This document shows, piece after piece, positions 50,995 through 63,874 of a DNA stretch of 64,000 nt. The notes beneath the pieces are model-generated. The model did not search any database and was not told the DNA's origin. It saw only the letters and a program-made list of their open reading frames with translations. The number at the start of each line of letters is the position of its first letter. Positions within the stretch are counted from its first letter, which is position 1. The position numbers and the translations under genes are program-made. The stretch is from assembly GCF_006345805.1 (NCBI RefSeq), contig NC_043003.1:38812001-38876000 (forward strand), given 5' to 3'. The DNA is from Octopus sinensis. Lineage: Eukaryota.

Positions 50995-51404
50995 TTCTTT
51001 TTCTTTTTCTTTTTTTTACTTGTTTCAGTCATTTTGACTGCGGCCATGCTGGAGCACCGCCTTTAATCGAGCAACTCGACCCCGGGACTTATTCTTTGTA
51101 TGCCCAGTACTTATTCTATCGGTCTCTTTTGCCGAACCGCTAAGTGACAGGGACATAAACACACCAGTATCGGTTGTCAAGCAATGCTAGGGGGACAAAC
51201 ACAGACACACAAACACACACATACATATATATATACACACATATATACGACAGGCTTCTTTCAGTTTCCGTCTACCAAATCCACTCACAAGTCATTGGTT
51301 GGCCCGGGGCTATAGCAGAAGACACTTGCCCAAGATGCCACGCAGTGGGACTGAACCCAGAACCATGTGGTTGGTTAGCAAGCTACTTACCACACGGCCA
51401 CTCC
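50995..51404 (-). mobile_element. SINE family A
   Basis: Close paralogue of 3333-3750. Confidence 0.85.
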
Positions 51405-53874
51405 AACGGTGTGTTTACTTCGCAAGTTGTGAAATTTGCGTTTTTGTGATCAGGTGTATGCTATAGTCTGTGATTTTTGTCATGGACAGGAAGTTGGAAC
51501 AAAGAGCAAACGTGAAATTTTGCGTTAAACTTTGGAAATCTGCTACAGAGACATTGAGCATGCTTCGGCAAGCTTATGGCAATGAGGCAATGGGTCGTAA
51601 GCAATGTTTCGAGTGGCACACGCGCTTCAAAAGCGGAAGAACGTCTTTGGAAGACGATGAGCGATCTGGAAGGCCTGCCACGAGCGCCACCCCTTGAAAT
51701 GTGGAGAAAATTCATCAGTTAGTATATGAGGATCGTCAGAGGACAATCAACGACGTTTTGAAGTGTTTGAGGGAGGACATTATGCGAAAATGACCGGATC
51801 TGTGGAGCACGAAAACCCTGTCACCGAGCTCTTCTCACTTGTGGGTTTCTCGCCAAAAACAATACGGTATCTCTTCCGCCCCCGATCTATTCGCCAGATT
51901 TAGCACCTGCAGACTCCCATCTCTTCCCCAAGAGAAAAAGGCAGCTCAAAGGTCGCTGCTTAAACACCGTTGTCGAGATCCAGAGCAAATCGCAGAAGGT
52001 CCTCGACTCGCTTACGGAAAACGACTTCCCGGCCGGATTCCAAAAGTGACAGGAACGTTGGTACCGGAGTATTGATACGCAAAGTGATGATTTCGAAAGA
52101 GGTGATATTAAAACTTAGGCAAATAAGTTATTTTTTATTAAACATAACTAGTCCGGAAACTTTCTGATACCATCTCGTACAAACCATATGCTGTTTCAAT
52201 AAGAATAATTTCGTTCTTATCGGGCTGCGGGCGAGAGATTTGATGTTCCTACCTGACAAAGTCAAATTCCACAGAAACGCATGCGTTTATGAACAAATGA
52301 TCTTATTCACAGCCGATCTTGTGTCTTCACTCATGACTAAGAGAAGCACTTTCTCCCGGGACTATCTCGACAGCGGAAGGTCTTCTCATGTCTGAAGGCA
52401 GCCGAATGTGTTGAATATGACTTCATATGAATAAATTTCATTTAACGATCCTTTGTACGACATTATTATTTATCTAGACCTTCCAATATTTATTGAAATC
52501 ACCCAAAACTGCAAATCACTCAAAGTCTACTGCATTATGTATAAAATCTGACATAAATAGCACAAACTTCAGAATTAATAACTAAATATGGAAAGCTATA
52601 GCAAACATCGGTGATATTGACGAATATTTCGTAAATGCAAGACAATATTACTTTAGTTTATTAACTTTGGCAAATAACCTCAAGAAATAAGATAGATTCG
52701 CTATATCGATGTAATATACAGAAACGTAAAAATAGCGTGAAGTGGTTAACATGATGGAAAATAAACTATACTATATAAACATTGAAATAAGGCTACATAT
52801 TCTATATATCTAGGTATCATTTTTAAATGGTTGTTTGTCTGTATTACTTACAACCAATCTCGTTGTCTCTCCCTGTCTCTTCCTCAATCCCTATTTGCTT
52901 GCTTGTATAGGTGTGTATCTGTCTATTCTGTCTATCTGCCTGTATGGTATACATAGCTATCCAGTTGCCCGACTCTCTCAATGTATGTCTATCTATTTCA
53001 ATAAATTATGAACACGTGTTCTACGCGTGTATCCAAACACATGGATATTTAAAACACGTATCAACCACTTATACTGACGCGCACAAACTCAGAAACGAGA
53101 ACTGTCGCTTCCCAACCCACAGACACACACACACGTTTACATATACATACGCACACATATGTTCCTATATATATATATATACACACACACACGCGCGCGC
53201 ACAAACACTCGCACACAACAACAACAACAAATCACAAAACTAGGGGTAACTACATACAGATCCATCATACGGACAGCTATTAGGAAAGGTCACAGATGTA
53301 AGAGCTGATCACGTAGCTGCTGTTGGGTACTGGTTATTAAGTGGTGGCGGTGGGAGGTGACAGATAAACTGAGAAGGTGACAGTGTTTGAGTATGTGTGT
53401 CCGAGAGAGAGAGAGAGAGCTAGAGAGAGAGAAGAGAGAAGGGGGAGTGGTAGAGAGTCCTGGCGGTTTGGGGTAGAGAGAGAGATGGGGAAGGATAGAG
53501 ATGGAGAGGTGAGGGGGAAATTTGATATGTGACAATGATATATATATATATAATATATATACATATATATACATATATATACATATATATATACATATTA
53601 TATATATATACACACATATATATATATACATATATGTATATGTATATATATATATACATGCGCATATTTATATATATATATATACATATATATACACACA
53701 TATATACACATACATGCACACACTCTCACATGTATAATAGGTATATATACATACCTATTTATATATATATGTGTGTGTGTATTGTTTATATGTGTACACG
53801 TACGTACGCATACCTACGAATATATATATATGCATATACATATACATACATCACTCACACATACAGTCACCCCT

Positions 53875-53911
<37 letters not shown>

Positions 53912-54082
53912 CACACTCACACACGCACATACACATATACACAACACACACACACACACACACACACATCAGTGATCGGGAAAAAGACAGATAAACAGAG
54001 ATAGAAAGACATAATGCCGAGACAGAAAGAGAGAGAGGGGGGAGACATAGGAGAAGACAGAGAGTGGGAGGGAGGGTGAGGC

Positions 54083-54118
<36 letters not shown>

Positions 54119-54645
54119 AGCGAAGGAGATAATATGGAGTTAAATAAAGTTTAATGAACATTAATTGTGTGTTATCTTATTCAATCTCCGTTTTCACCCT
54201 TTTCGCCTTAATCTCTCTCCCCACTTTCTCTCCTTCCGCTGCTCAACTTTGCTCTTCACAAATGTTTCACTCAGCTACTGTTGTCTTTTGAAGCTAGTGT
54301 TATTCCTCGTGTTGTTGTTGTTGTTGTTGTTTGTTATTGCTATCCTTATTGGTGTTTTTTTGTTGTTGTTGATAATGTCTGCTTTGTTAGATTCGGTGTT
54401 AGTCCTTCTGTTATTGTTATCACCGTTCTTATTCTTGTTGTATGTTCATATAACGTATCTATCCTTTTTCTTGAGGCTAGTTATTTGCTTAAAGCTAATA
54501 AAAATAATATTCTCTTGCATTTCCGAAATATTTGTTAATATCACTATTTGTGCCCCAGCATGGCCACAGCTCATGAGCTGAAACTAGAATTAATCAATCA
54601 ATCAATCAATACATATTTCCTTCGATATTTAGTTATTAATTCTAT

Positions 54646-55226
54646 TTTACTCTTTTACTTGTTTCAGTCATTTGACTGTGGCCATGCTGGAGCACCGCCT
54701 TTAGTCGAGCAAATCGACCCCACAACTTATTCTTTGTAAGCCTTGTACTTTATTCTATCGGTTTTTTTGCCGAACTGCTAAATTACGGGGACGTAAACAC
54801 ACCAGAATCGGTTGGCAAGCGATGTTGGGGGACAAATATAGACACACAAACATACAAACACACACACACACATATATATACATATATACACATATATACG
54901 ACAGGCTTCTTTCAGTTTCCGTCTACCTACTCCACTCAGAAGGCTTTGGTTGGCCCGAGGCTATAGTAGAAGACACTTGCTCAAGGTGCCCGGAACCATG
55001 TGGTTCGTAACCAAGCTACGTACCACACATCCACTCCTACGCCTATATTCTGAAAGTTGTTCTATTTACGTGTCAGGTTTTCTGAGTTCAAATTCTGCTG
55101 AGGTCGACTTTGCCTTTCATCCAATCGGGGTCAATAAATTAAGTATCAGTTGCGTACTGGAGTCGATCTAATCGACTGAGCCCCTCCCCCAAAATTTCGG
55201 GCCTTGTGCCTAGAGCGGAAAAGAAT
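54646..55226. mobile_element. SINE family A (minus, 54646-55040) followed by a family C fragment (plus, 55070-55226)
   Basis: Match to the copies above. Confidence 0.75.
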
Positions 55227-55547
55227 ATTGTCATAGACAGCTATCACGCACACATTCCTAGCTTCCAAGTTCTGTTTTCTGATTGGATAAAAATAATCAA
55301 ACCTCTGTAACATTTTCTGGAACAAGTGAATAGCAAAAATAGATTCAGTGTGTAAAATTACATCAATATACCAAATTTGAAAATTTTCACTTAATTTTAA
55401 AATTTCAAAAACTGAATGAAACAGAAAGATCTCATGTTTGTTGATTCAGAAGGTTGACTGAGGATTGAACACGACGACGACGACGACGACCACCACCACC
55501 ACCACCATCACCACCACCTACTGCTACTGCTGCTGCTGCTGCTGCAG

Positions 55548-55580
<33 letters not shown>

Positions 55581-56809
55581 TACTACTACTACTACTACTA
55601 CTAGTAAAAGTTAGTAATGTACAAAGATAAACGTGGATTTTTTTTAAACATTCGGGGCTTCCACATATGTAGTGTAAATGATACCAGTGATTAGAAAGAT
55701 TAATTAAACTGACTTAATTAACGTTTTTGTATCAATTAAGACAAACAATGAAACAACATACTTTAGAATTTTTGTTGACACTCCCGGATTCCAGAATGTT
55801 TTTTGCGTGTGGTCCCAAATATAATAACCGACAACGGAAAGAGAGGAAGTGAAGTTACGTAATTTAAGAGCAGCTGATGTATTATTATAGCATGTAAAAT
55901 TTGTCGAATACTAAACTAGAAAACTAGCAAAATTAAACACCAGTAAATATTTTATCTCACTCTCAAAAATTTGTTTTTTCCGTTTTAGTTAAACAGAATT
56001 TCTATTTCGTTAATAATTAAAAAAAAATCTAAACAGTTAATAGAGTATATCATCTCTAAACAAGCACATCATATTTCTAAAGCTTGGGGACATATTATGG
56101 AGTGAAACGAACGTTACTCGAGCGTATGGGTAAATTTCTTTTCAGTTGTTTCATGAAACTACAAAATGGAAGAAACTAAACAAGAAACGCAACGAAAATT
56201 AGTATGGGAAAGAAAAAAGAAGGCAAAGAGAACAGCAAATTTGATGAGTTAAATTATAATTATTGTATGTACGGCGCATTTCCTGTTATTAAACATGGTA
56301 GCAAAAATATACATTCAAAATAACAAATCATATCATGGGTAAAGCTCTAGTGTGCGTATGTGTGTGTATATGTGTGTCTCACTATCTGTCTGTCTATCTG
56401 TTTTTCTGTCTATCTGTCTGTCTGTCGTCTATCTGTCACTCTCTCTCTCCGTCTCTCCCTCTCTTCCCCCACTCTCTCTCTCTCTCTCACTCTATCTATC
56501 TATCTAGCTATCTCTCTCTCTCTCTTTCTATATATATATATATCCTTACCTTCGAAAGGTGGAGTAGATGAAATAGGGACAACTGAAGAAGGGGAATATT
56601 CCTTGTGTTGTATGTCTTGTTTCTCTGTTTTTTCCTTTGCTTGACAAAAAGTTCGTTTCTATGTTTTTGTTTTTATGTTTTCGTTTCTCATTGTGTTCAA
56701 CGATTTTTTGATGTCCTGTACCCATATATGCATGTATATATACATATATATGTAGGTATGTACATATATGTATATATGCATATATTTATATATATTATAT
56801 ATTATATAT

Positions 56810-57044
56810 CGCTGGTCACAATGCGCTTCGCATTGTTTTAGTCTTCAAATGATGCCACCCCGCTGGCTAAGCGAGCAGGCCTACTAAAGAAAGAGTACAG
56901 CAGGGATCGCCCCCCCACCTGCCGGAGCATGGTGGAGCTTTAGGTGTTTTCGGTCAATAAACACTCACAACGCCCGGTCTGGGAATCGAAACCGCGATCC
57001 TATGACCGCGAATCCGCTGCCCTAGCCACTGGGCCATTGTGCTT

Positions 57045-57046
<2 letters not shown>
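56810..57046 (-). mobile_element. OK-like tRNA-derived SINE
   Basis: Paralogue of 41232-41528. Confidence 0.65.
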
Positions 57047-57100
<54 letters not shown>

Positions 57101-57104
<4 letters not shown>

Positions 57105-58125
57105 TCCACATGCAATAACTTTCTTTATGCGCTGATCCATTGAATTTGTTAAGGAAATGATATCCTCTTGTGTCATGCTTTGAGCAGCATCTACAATAGC
57201 ATCCCAGAGGGCTACTTTACTTGAAAACTGCCGTCCATCTTGGTAAATGCATCTCTTCAGGACATTCCACAGGTTCTCGATCGGATTTAAGTCAGAGGAA
57301 TAAGGTGGCTACTTCATCAAACGACCTCCAGTAAAGCCTATTTGCTGCAGGTATTCCTTAGAGTTTTTCGCTGCATGAGATGGGGCATTATCTTGCATGA
57401 AGACCAGCTTTCTCTTGAATGATAGGTTTTTGCTTTTTGAACCAGAGTTGGAAATTTTCTTTTAAGACGGTAATATATGTTTTCGCTGTCATCTTAATGC
57501 CATCTGGGACTTTCCATGGCCCGACCATCATACCACCAATGATATCAGTCCAAAACATGACCTCATCTCTCCCCCCCCCCTGTTGGCGTCTCAAATGATG
57601 AGGACAGTTTAAGCTGATTGATACCCAACATCTACTCCAACAATCTGGTCCGTCAAGCGTAGCACGACATTCGTCAGTGAACAGAACTGTTGAAAAACCA
57701 TTTCAGTCTCTTCTGCTTATGAGCAGCCTTCAGAGGGGGCCTTGTAACAAGTTTAACATTCCAGGTTACCTGCTTCAAGAGGCGACACCTGGTAATTTTC
57801 GATACGTCTTCCTTGCCACAATGTAAGAAGACTTCTTTACTTGTAGGACATGGGTTCCATACAACTTCCCTTTTCACACGTGGCAAAGTACTAGTCAAGG
57901 CAACCCTTGTCTTACCCTTATATGCTCTCGACCGGACGGAAATAGAAGGCTGCACAAATATCTTCACTTTTCGGTGATCTCTTCCCAGTATTTTTGATAT
58001 TTCTATGGTTGTTTTTCCTTTTCCAAGCTCTGACACGATGATAGACTTCTCATTGAAGGCAAGATCACTTTCTGACTCAAAATGACACTTAAATTGGGCA
58101 CCTGCCTAATAATTTGGGACAGCAG
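57101..58125 (-). mobile_element. Tc1-like (DD34E) transposon remnant
   Basis: HTH region KTTIEISKILGRDHR, VLFTDECRATLDGPD, FMQDNAPSH, PPYSSDLNPIENLW; TIR-like CTGCTGTCCCAAATTATTAGGCAGG. Confidence 0.85.
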
Positions 58126-58253
58126 AAATGTTGCTGCTACACGATAATGTACGCAGATAGGTGGTGCCAATAATCAGTGGGAAAAGAATTGATTTTGAGT
58201 GAATATACATTTATTTATTGAGAGAAGGTTGATTTGCTTAATGTGTGACGCAG

Positions 58254-58287
<34 letters not shown>

Positions 58288-58300
58288 ATATACATACAGA

Positions 58301-58674
58301 TATAAGAGAGTGTCCACTATGTGGTCGACTCTTGCGCTAAAAATAGATCCGCTATGGTCTCAACCACCAAGAATTGTTTCCAAGGAGAATTAGCACAACT
58401 ATGAACGTAAACGAGCAGTTCGGTTCAATAAATTGTATTCAAGACAAATTCTACTGAAGAGCTACATATATATTGTGTAAGTAAAATTGCATAATACATT
58501 AATAGCGAAACAATTGTCTAGAATTAATCTACATTTTTGTTATTTTTCACTTGTCCTGCTCGTTTACGTTCATAGTTGTGCTAATTCTCCCTGGAAACAA
58601 TTCTCGGTGGTTGAGACCATAGCGGATCTATTTTTTAGCGCAAGAGTCGACCACATAGTGGACACTCACTTATA
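58301..58674. mobile_element. Long-TIR MITE/foldback (~118-bp arms)
   Basis: 58301-58418 is the near-perfect reverse complement of 58556-58674. Confidence 0.8.
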
Positions 58675-58773
58675 TTTGTGTATTAATTTTTAGTGTATCT
58701 CTGGTTTTTATGCGCTAAACCACTTGGTGTTAAATTGATGGTATATTAAATTAATATCCAATTTTTTCACCCT

Positions 58774-58825
<52 letters not shown>

Positions 58826-58958
58826 TATATATATAGATATATATATATGTGTGTGTGTGTGTGCGTGCGATGTTTTTTTATTAGCAGCCATGATTTTTAT
58901 AATTCAGTAAATAATAATAATAGTATTTTATAAGCTTAAAGCTAATAAAATACTATTA

Positions 58959-59009
<51 letters not shown>

Positions 59010-59035
59010 ATATAGATATAGATGTAGATATATAG

Positions 59036-59066
<31 letters not shown>

Positions 59067-59161
59067 CGTGCGATGTTTTTTTATTAGTAGCCATGATTTT
59101 TATAATTCAGTAAATAATAATAATAGTATTTTATAAGCTTAAAGCTAATAAAATACTATTA

Positions 59162-59221
<60 letters not shown>

Positions 59222-59225
<4 letters not shown>

Positions 59226-59925
59226 CCGGGAGGGTAGACATTCCTCTTTTGATATTAATTTTCCCTAAGAGTGTTTCACCTGAGTAGAGATCTACTTTCC
59301 ATTTCTTCATGTTACAGCTAATCAATTCTCTTATGTTGTCTGCTATACTGAATATACTCAAACATTCACTTATCCATGAGTGTGGGACCACACCATAGGC
59401 TTTCCTATAATCTATCCATGCTATTGTTAGATTTTTCTTTCTAGCTTTTACTTAATTTAAAACTGCTTTGTCTATATATAATGGATCATGCGTTCCTCTT
59501 GCCTTCTTCGTGCAACCTTTCTGTTCTTCTGGTAGTAAATCCTTGTTGTCAAGGCGCTCATAAATGCTTTATGAAAGCATTCCTGTTAATAGCTTCTTCA
59601 CTAATTGTAAGCAAGTAATTGGTCTATAGATGGTAGCTGCATTACCCTTGCTCTTATCTTTCATAATGAGTACTGTCCTCCCTCTAGTCATCCAATCTAG
59701 TATTATTCCTCCATTATGGCAATCCTGAAGTTGTTCCCTCAGCCGCCCATATAAACTACTGAATTTCTATAGTCAGTACCCTTGAACTAAATTTGGTCCT
59801 GAGCCATTCCAATTCGGCAGTTTTCCTAACACTTTACTCATTAATGCTCTAGTTAATCTTAGATCTAGTTGCCTCTCACTCTCTACTTCTTCCCTCACTT
59901 TCTTTAACCATTACCCATATTCATT
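59222..59925 (-). pseudogene. Dong/R4-clade LINE RT fragment
   Basis: AWIDYRKAYGVVPHSWISECL...NIKRG; 5' end abuts (TTA)n. Confidence 0.75.
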
Positions 59926-59955
59926 AACCATTATTATTATTGTTATTATTACTAT

Positions 59956-60400
59956 TGCCTTTGCACAGCTTCTAACGCTGGAGATGTACTACAGTATCAG
60001 CTGTTCACTACCATTGAACTAAGGTAACATCTCTTATTCTTCGAGCACCTTCCGGAGTATTCGAGCGGCTCCAAGCAGTGCTGTTTACTGCAAGTGCTCC
60101 ACCCTTATTACAGCTCCTATTTGTTCTACGTATTTCTCGAGAATTTTGCTCACTGTTCCCAGGGCTCCGACAATTATTGGCACTACTGCTACCCTTTTCA
60201 TCGACCACAACTGCTTAATTTCCCAAGCTAACCTGGCATATCTAAGGAGTGAAACCGCTCAGGTGTTGATAGCTTCGATCTTATTCCGTGTATTTAATTT
60301 CGACTTAAGGATCAGTCTCAGTCTGCGCAAGTACTCCACCTTAAATTTTTCTGGTTTTAGTTTCATTACCACCCTTATTCACAATATTTTGTTTTTTCAT
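59956..60400 (-). pseudogene. Dong/R4-clade LINE, internally deleted 3' end
   Basis: LKSKLNTRNKIEAINT fused to WEIKQLWSMKRVAVVPIIVGALG...LLGAARILRKVL*; (TAA)n tail. Confidence 0.7.
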
Positions 60401-60505
60401 TGTCACTCATATAAGGTAGCGATTATCAGTGTTTTTATTGTAACATCATCACTAGATGTATCATTAATAAGCTCATGTGGAGGAGGAGGATCCATCCCTT
60501 TCCTT

Positions 60506-60565
<60 letters not shown>

Positions 60566-60567
<2 letters not shown>

Positions 60568-62247
60568 TTTCTTTTCTTCTTTCAAATTTGGTTCCATTTC
60601 TTGCCGAGTGTCTTCCCGACTCCTAGGGCAAAGAAACTCATAGTATACATTGGTAGGCCATTAAACCAAACTCAATAGTTCGTTCATTTTATTTATTTAT
60701 TTTTTTTAAAGTTAAATTAAAATACATGAGCAGCAACAGTTCTCACATCGACAATGCTCTTCTCAATACGTGTGATGTACCAGTTAAGACAATCTTTTGC
60801 ACTTCTTGCAGGGATGGTAAGCCAGGGATCATTCTCATATAATTTTCGGTTCCCTTCTTGATCATTCCTAGTGCTCCTACGATCACTGGTATTGTAACCG
60901 CCTTGAGATGCCACATTTTCTCAATTTCAATGAGTAGGTCTTTATATTTTCTGAGCTTGTCAAACTCTTTCGCTGAGATATTATGATCACAGGGGATGCT
61001 CATGTCGATCAATAAGCAAACTTTATTGTTTTGGCCTTTCACAACAATATCTGGTTTATTGGCCTTGATGGTTCGGTCTGTATGTACTGGAAAGTCCCAC
61101 AGAATGGTTACATTTTCTCCTTCAGTTACAGCCTCAGGGTGGTGATTATACCACTTGTCGGCAGTTTTGATATTGTAATGCCGACTTATTAGCCAGTGGA
61201 GATATTGGCCAACTCTGTCATGTCTTAATTTATACTCCACTGGTGCTAAGACTTTACATCCAGAGATTAGGTGGTCCACTGTTTCAATCATGTCGTTGCA
61301 GAATCGGCATTTTGGGTCTGCTCTATTTTTCATCACATTGGCCTGGTAGTTCCGGGTTAATAGGCTTTGATCTTGAGCAGCCAGGATGAAACCTTCGCTC
61401 TCTGCTTTTAGCCCTGAGCTCCGTAGCCACTGATGGGTTTGCTTCTGGTCAACATCAGCTTGTTTGCTGCGGGTCACATATTTGCCGTGCAGAGGTTTCT
61501 CCTCCCACCTATCAGCCAATTGCTCGTGCGCTTTTTTCGTTGCCATCATTTTCACCTTCTTTGCAACAATAGTTGCCGTACTTCCCTTGGGTTGTTCAGT
61601 TTGGGTATCCTGCACGAGATCAATAGCAAATTTTTTGCTTTCCTTTATAATAGAATGAAGCTTCTTTCGTCTCTCGTGATTTTCCACGAGCTTTAGCATC
61701 CAGTCATTCGATATTTCGAGATATTTGGCCAGTCCAATTGTGGTTGTTTTGTAAGCTAGTTCAAATTGGATCAGGCCTCGACCTCCTTGGGCTCTGGGAA
61801 GGTAAAGGCGATCTACGTCTGCCTTTGGGTGGTGCATCCTATTACAACTCAGCAGCTTGCGTATTTTCCTATCTATATTCTTTACTTCACTCATATTCCA
61901 GTTCAACACATTGTAGCTATAAGTAACAACTGGAACTGCTAAGGAATTTATAGCTAACACCTTGTTACGTGCATTTAGTTCAGATTTCAGGACTGCACGA
62001 ACTCTCCTATAACATTCCTTCCTGATCTTCTCTTTCATGCTTGCATGCTGAATACCAGAGCCTTCATTTATCCCTAAATATTTGTATGTTTGTTCTTGCT
62101 CAAGCTCTCTTATGACTGTGTAAACATCTAACACGACTGAATTTGTGGTCTTCACTTTCCCTTTCTGGAAAGTGGCCTTGGCACACTTCTCAAGTCCAAA
62201 CTCCATCCCGATGTCATCGCTGAATGCTTTCACGGTGCGCAAAAAAA
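60566..62247 (-). mobile_element. 5'-truncated Dong/R4 non-LTR retrotransposon in a (TAA)n microsatellite
   Basis: (TAA)n on both sides; uninterrupted frame 60743-62242. Confidence 0.9.
60743..62242 (-). CDS. Dong/R4 ORF C-terminal half: RT thumb, CCHC finger, restriction-like endonuclease (no native start codon)
   Basis: FSDDIGMEFGLEKCA, YKYLG, RLYLPRAQGGRGL, CRFC...ETVDHLISGC, RHDRV, KPDIVV...LIDMSIP...KLRKY. Confidence 0.9.
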   Translation of the reverse strand: MRTVKAFSDDIGMEFGLEKCAKATFQKGKVKTTNSVVLDVYTVIRELEQEQTYKYLGINEGSGIQHASMKEKIRKECYRRVRAVLKSELNARNKVLAINSLAVPVVTYSYNVLNWNMSEVKNIDRKIRKLLSCNRMHHPKADVDRLYLPRAQGGRGLIQFELAYKTTTIGLAKYLEISNDWMLKLVENHERRKKLHSIIKESKKFAIDLVQDTQTEQPKGSTATIVAKKVKMMATKKAHEQLADRWEEKPLHGKYVTRSKQADVDQKQTHQWLRSSGLKAESEGFILAAQDQSLLTRNYQANVMKNRADPKCRFCNDMIETVDHLISGCKVLAPVEYKLRHDRVGQYLHWLISRHYNIKTADKWYNHHPEAVTEGENVTILWDFPVHTDRTIKANKPDIVVKGQNNKVCLLIDMSIPCDHNISAKEFDKLRKYKDLLIEIEKMWHLKAVTIPVIVGALGMIKKGTENYMRMIPGLPSLQEVQKIVLTGTSHVLRRALSM

Positions 62248-62324
<77 letters not shown>

Positions 62325-62325
<1 letters not shown>

Positions 62326-62540
62326 GACTTCAGATAGACAGTACTCTACGCAATATGCGTATAGTTCCAAGTAATGCCGACTTTTGCAATACATCTAGAT
62401 GGTAGGGTAATTCTAAGGGTAATTCCAGATTGGGTGGTATTAAACCCAATACTCCGATGACAATAGGGATAACCTTTATGTTCGACTCTCGTAGCTGTCA
62501 CATCTTAGCGATCTCAATTCTCAGGGATCCATATTTATCA
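62325..62540 (-). pseudogene. Dong/R4 3' end, different subfamily
   Basis: VIPIVIGVLG...LQKSALLGTIRILRRVLSI* followed by (TAA)n. Confidence 0.7.
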
Positions 62541-62666
62541 ACTACTACTACTACTACTACTATACTACTACTACTATACTACTACTACTACTACTACTAC
62601 TATACTACTACTACTATACTTCTTTTTACCCCCATATTATTATTATCATCATCATCATCATTGATC

Positions 62667-63210
62667 GAGAGAGCAGTGCAGGCTATCAAAGTGACACTGG
62701 GGTAAAATATACAAAGCCCAGTATACCCATCATGACTACCCGTCTGATAAAGGCACATGCATCACAGCCATATATATATGCAACATGGTGATCTCATATC
62801 AAGAAAAACAGTGAATGACCTTGCAGGTGGGGCCCAGTTAGAATTTTCTTCTGGTCGAGTAACCCATCCCGCTCAAAAGGGTCCTTGAATAAGTGTTATT
62901 TAAGGGTGTTGAACGAAACACCCATGTTTCCACAGGTGAATTATTCAAACCCCAAAGAATCCTTCTCAACATATGGCTATGATGCTCCCCCACTACTTCT
63001 GCTCGTGATCAGAGATGCACATATTGTCAGCCACTAAGGGACATACTCAACTGGTTAAGGTCAAACAACTGACAAGCAAATCTGGTATTGAGCAGAATAT
63101 TTGCTGTAGCCCATCTTTTACACCAAGACAAAACAATGTATATGATAACACTTCCAATCAGTTAAGATCAGATGTCATGAGAGCCACTGCCTGGTACTGC
63201 ATCAGAGCAT
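62667..63210 (-). repeat. ~545-bp non-coding interspersed repeat, copy 1
   Basis: Aligns end-to-end with 63328-63874; flanked by trinucleotide microsatellites. Confidence 0.8.
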
Positions 63211-63281
63211 ATTTATTATTATTATTATATTATTATTATCATTATTATTACTATTACTATTACTATTACTATTACTATTAC

Positions 63282-63327
<46 letters not shown>

Positions 63328-63874
63328 GAGTGAGAGAGCAGTTCATGCCATCAAAGTGACACTGGGGTAAAATATACGAAGCCCAATATACCCATCATGA
63401 CTACCCGTCTGATAAAGGTACACCAGGCACATGCATCACAACCATATGTGCGCGACATGGTGATCTCATATCAAGATAAACAACACATGACCTTGCAGGT
63501 GGGGCCCAGTTAGAATTTTCTTCAGGTTGAGTAGCCCATCCCGCTCAAACGGTCCCTGAATAAGGGTTGTTTAAGGATGTTGAAAGAACCACCCATGTTT
63601 CCAGAGGTGAACTATTCAAACCCCAAAGAATCCCTCTCAACACATGGCTATGATGCTCCCCCACTACTTCTGCTCGTGATCAGAGATGCACATATCGTCA
63701 GCCACTAAGGGACATGCTCAACTGGTTATGGTCAAACAACTGACAAGCAAATCTGTGGTATTGAGCAGAATATTTGCTGTAGCCCATCTTTTATACCAAG
63801 ACAAAACAATGTACATGATAACACTTCCAATCAGTTAAGATCAGAAGCCATGAGAGCCACTGCCTGGTACTGCA
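63328..63874 (-). repeat. ~545-bp non-coding interspersed repeat, copy 2
   Basis: (TTA)n on both sides; orientation inferred from the (TAA)n tail. Confidence 0.8.

Larger units (their letters stand above)
50676..52177 (+). mobile_element. Internally deleted mariner carrying two nested SINEs
   Basis: TA-flanked TIRs CGAAGTGGTACCAAAAAGTTCCCAGACTAGTT / AACTAGTCCGGAAACTTTCTGATACCATCTCG; EQRANVKFC...FEWHTRFKSGRTSLEDDERSGRPAT at 51470-51697. Confidence 0.88.

Noticed and set aside
55820-55870. GGAAGTG plus TTACGTAA promoter-like motifs
   Set aside because: Short motifs with no linked gene or CpG-rich context.
58825-59165. Tandem duplication of ~130 bp between (TA)n runs
   Set aside because: Typical of microsatellite slippage or assembly overlap; no functional signal.
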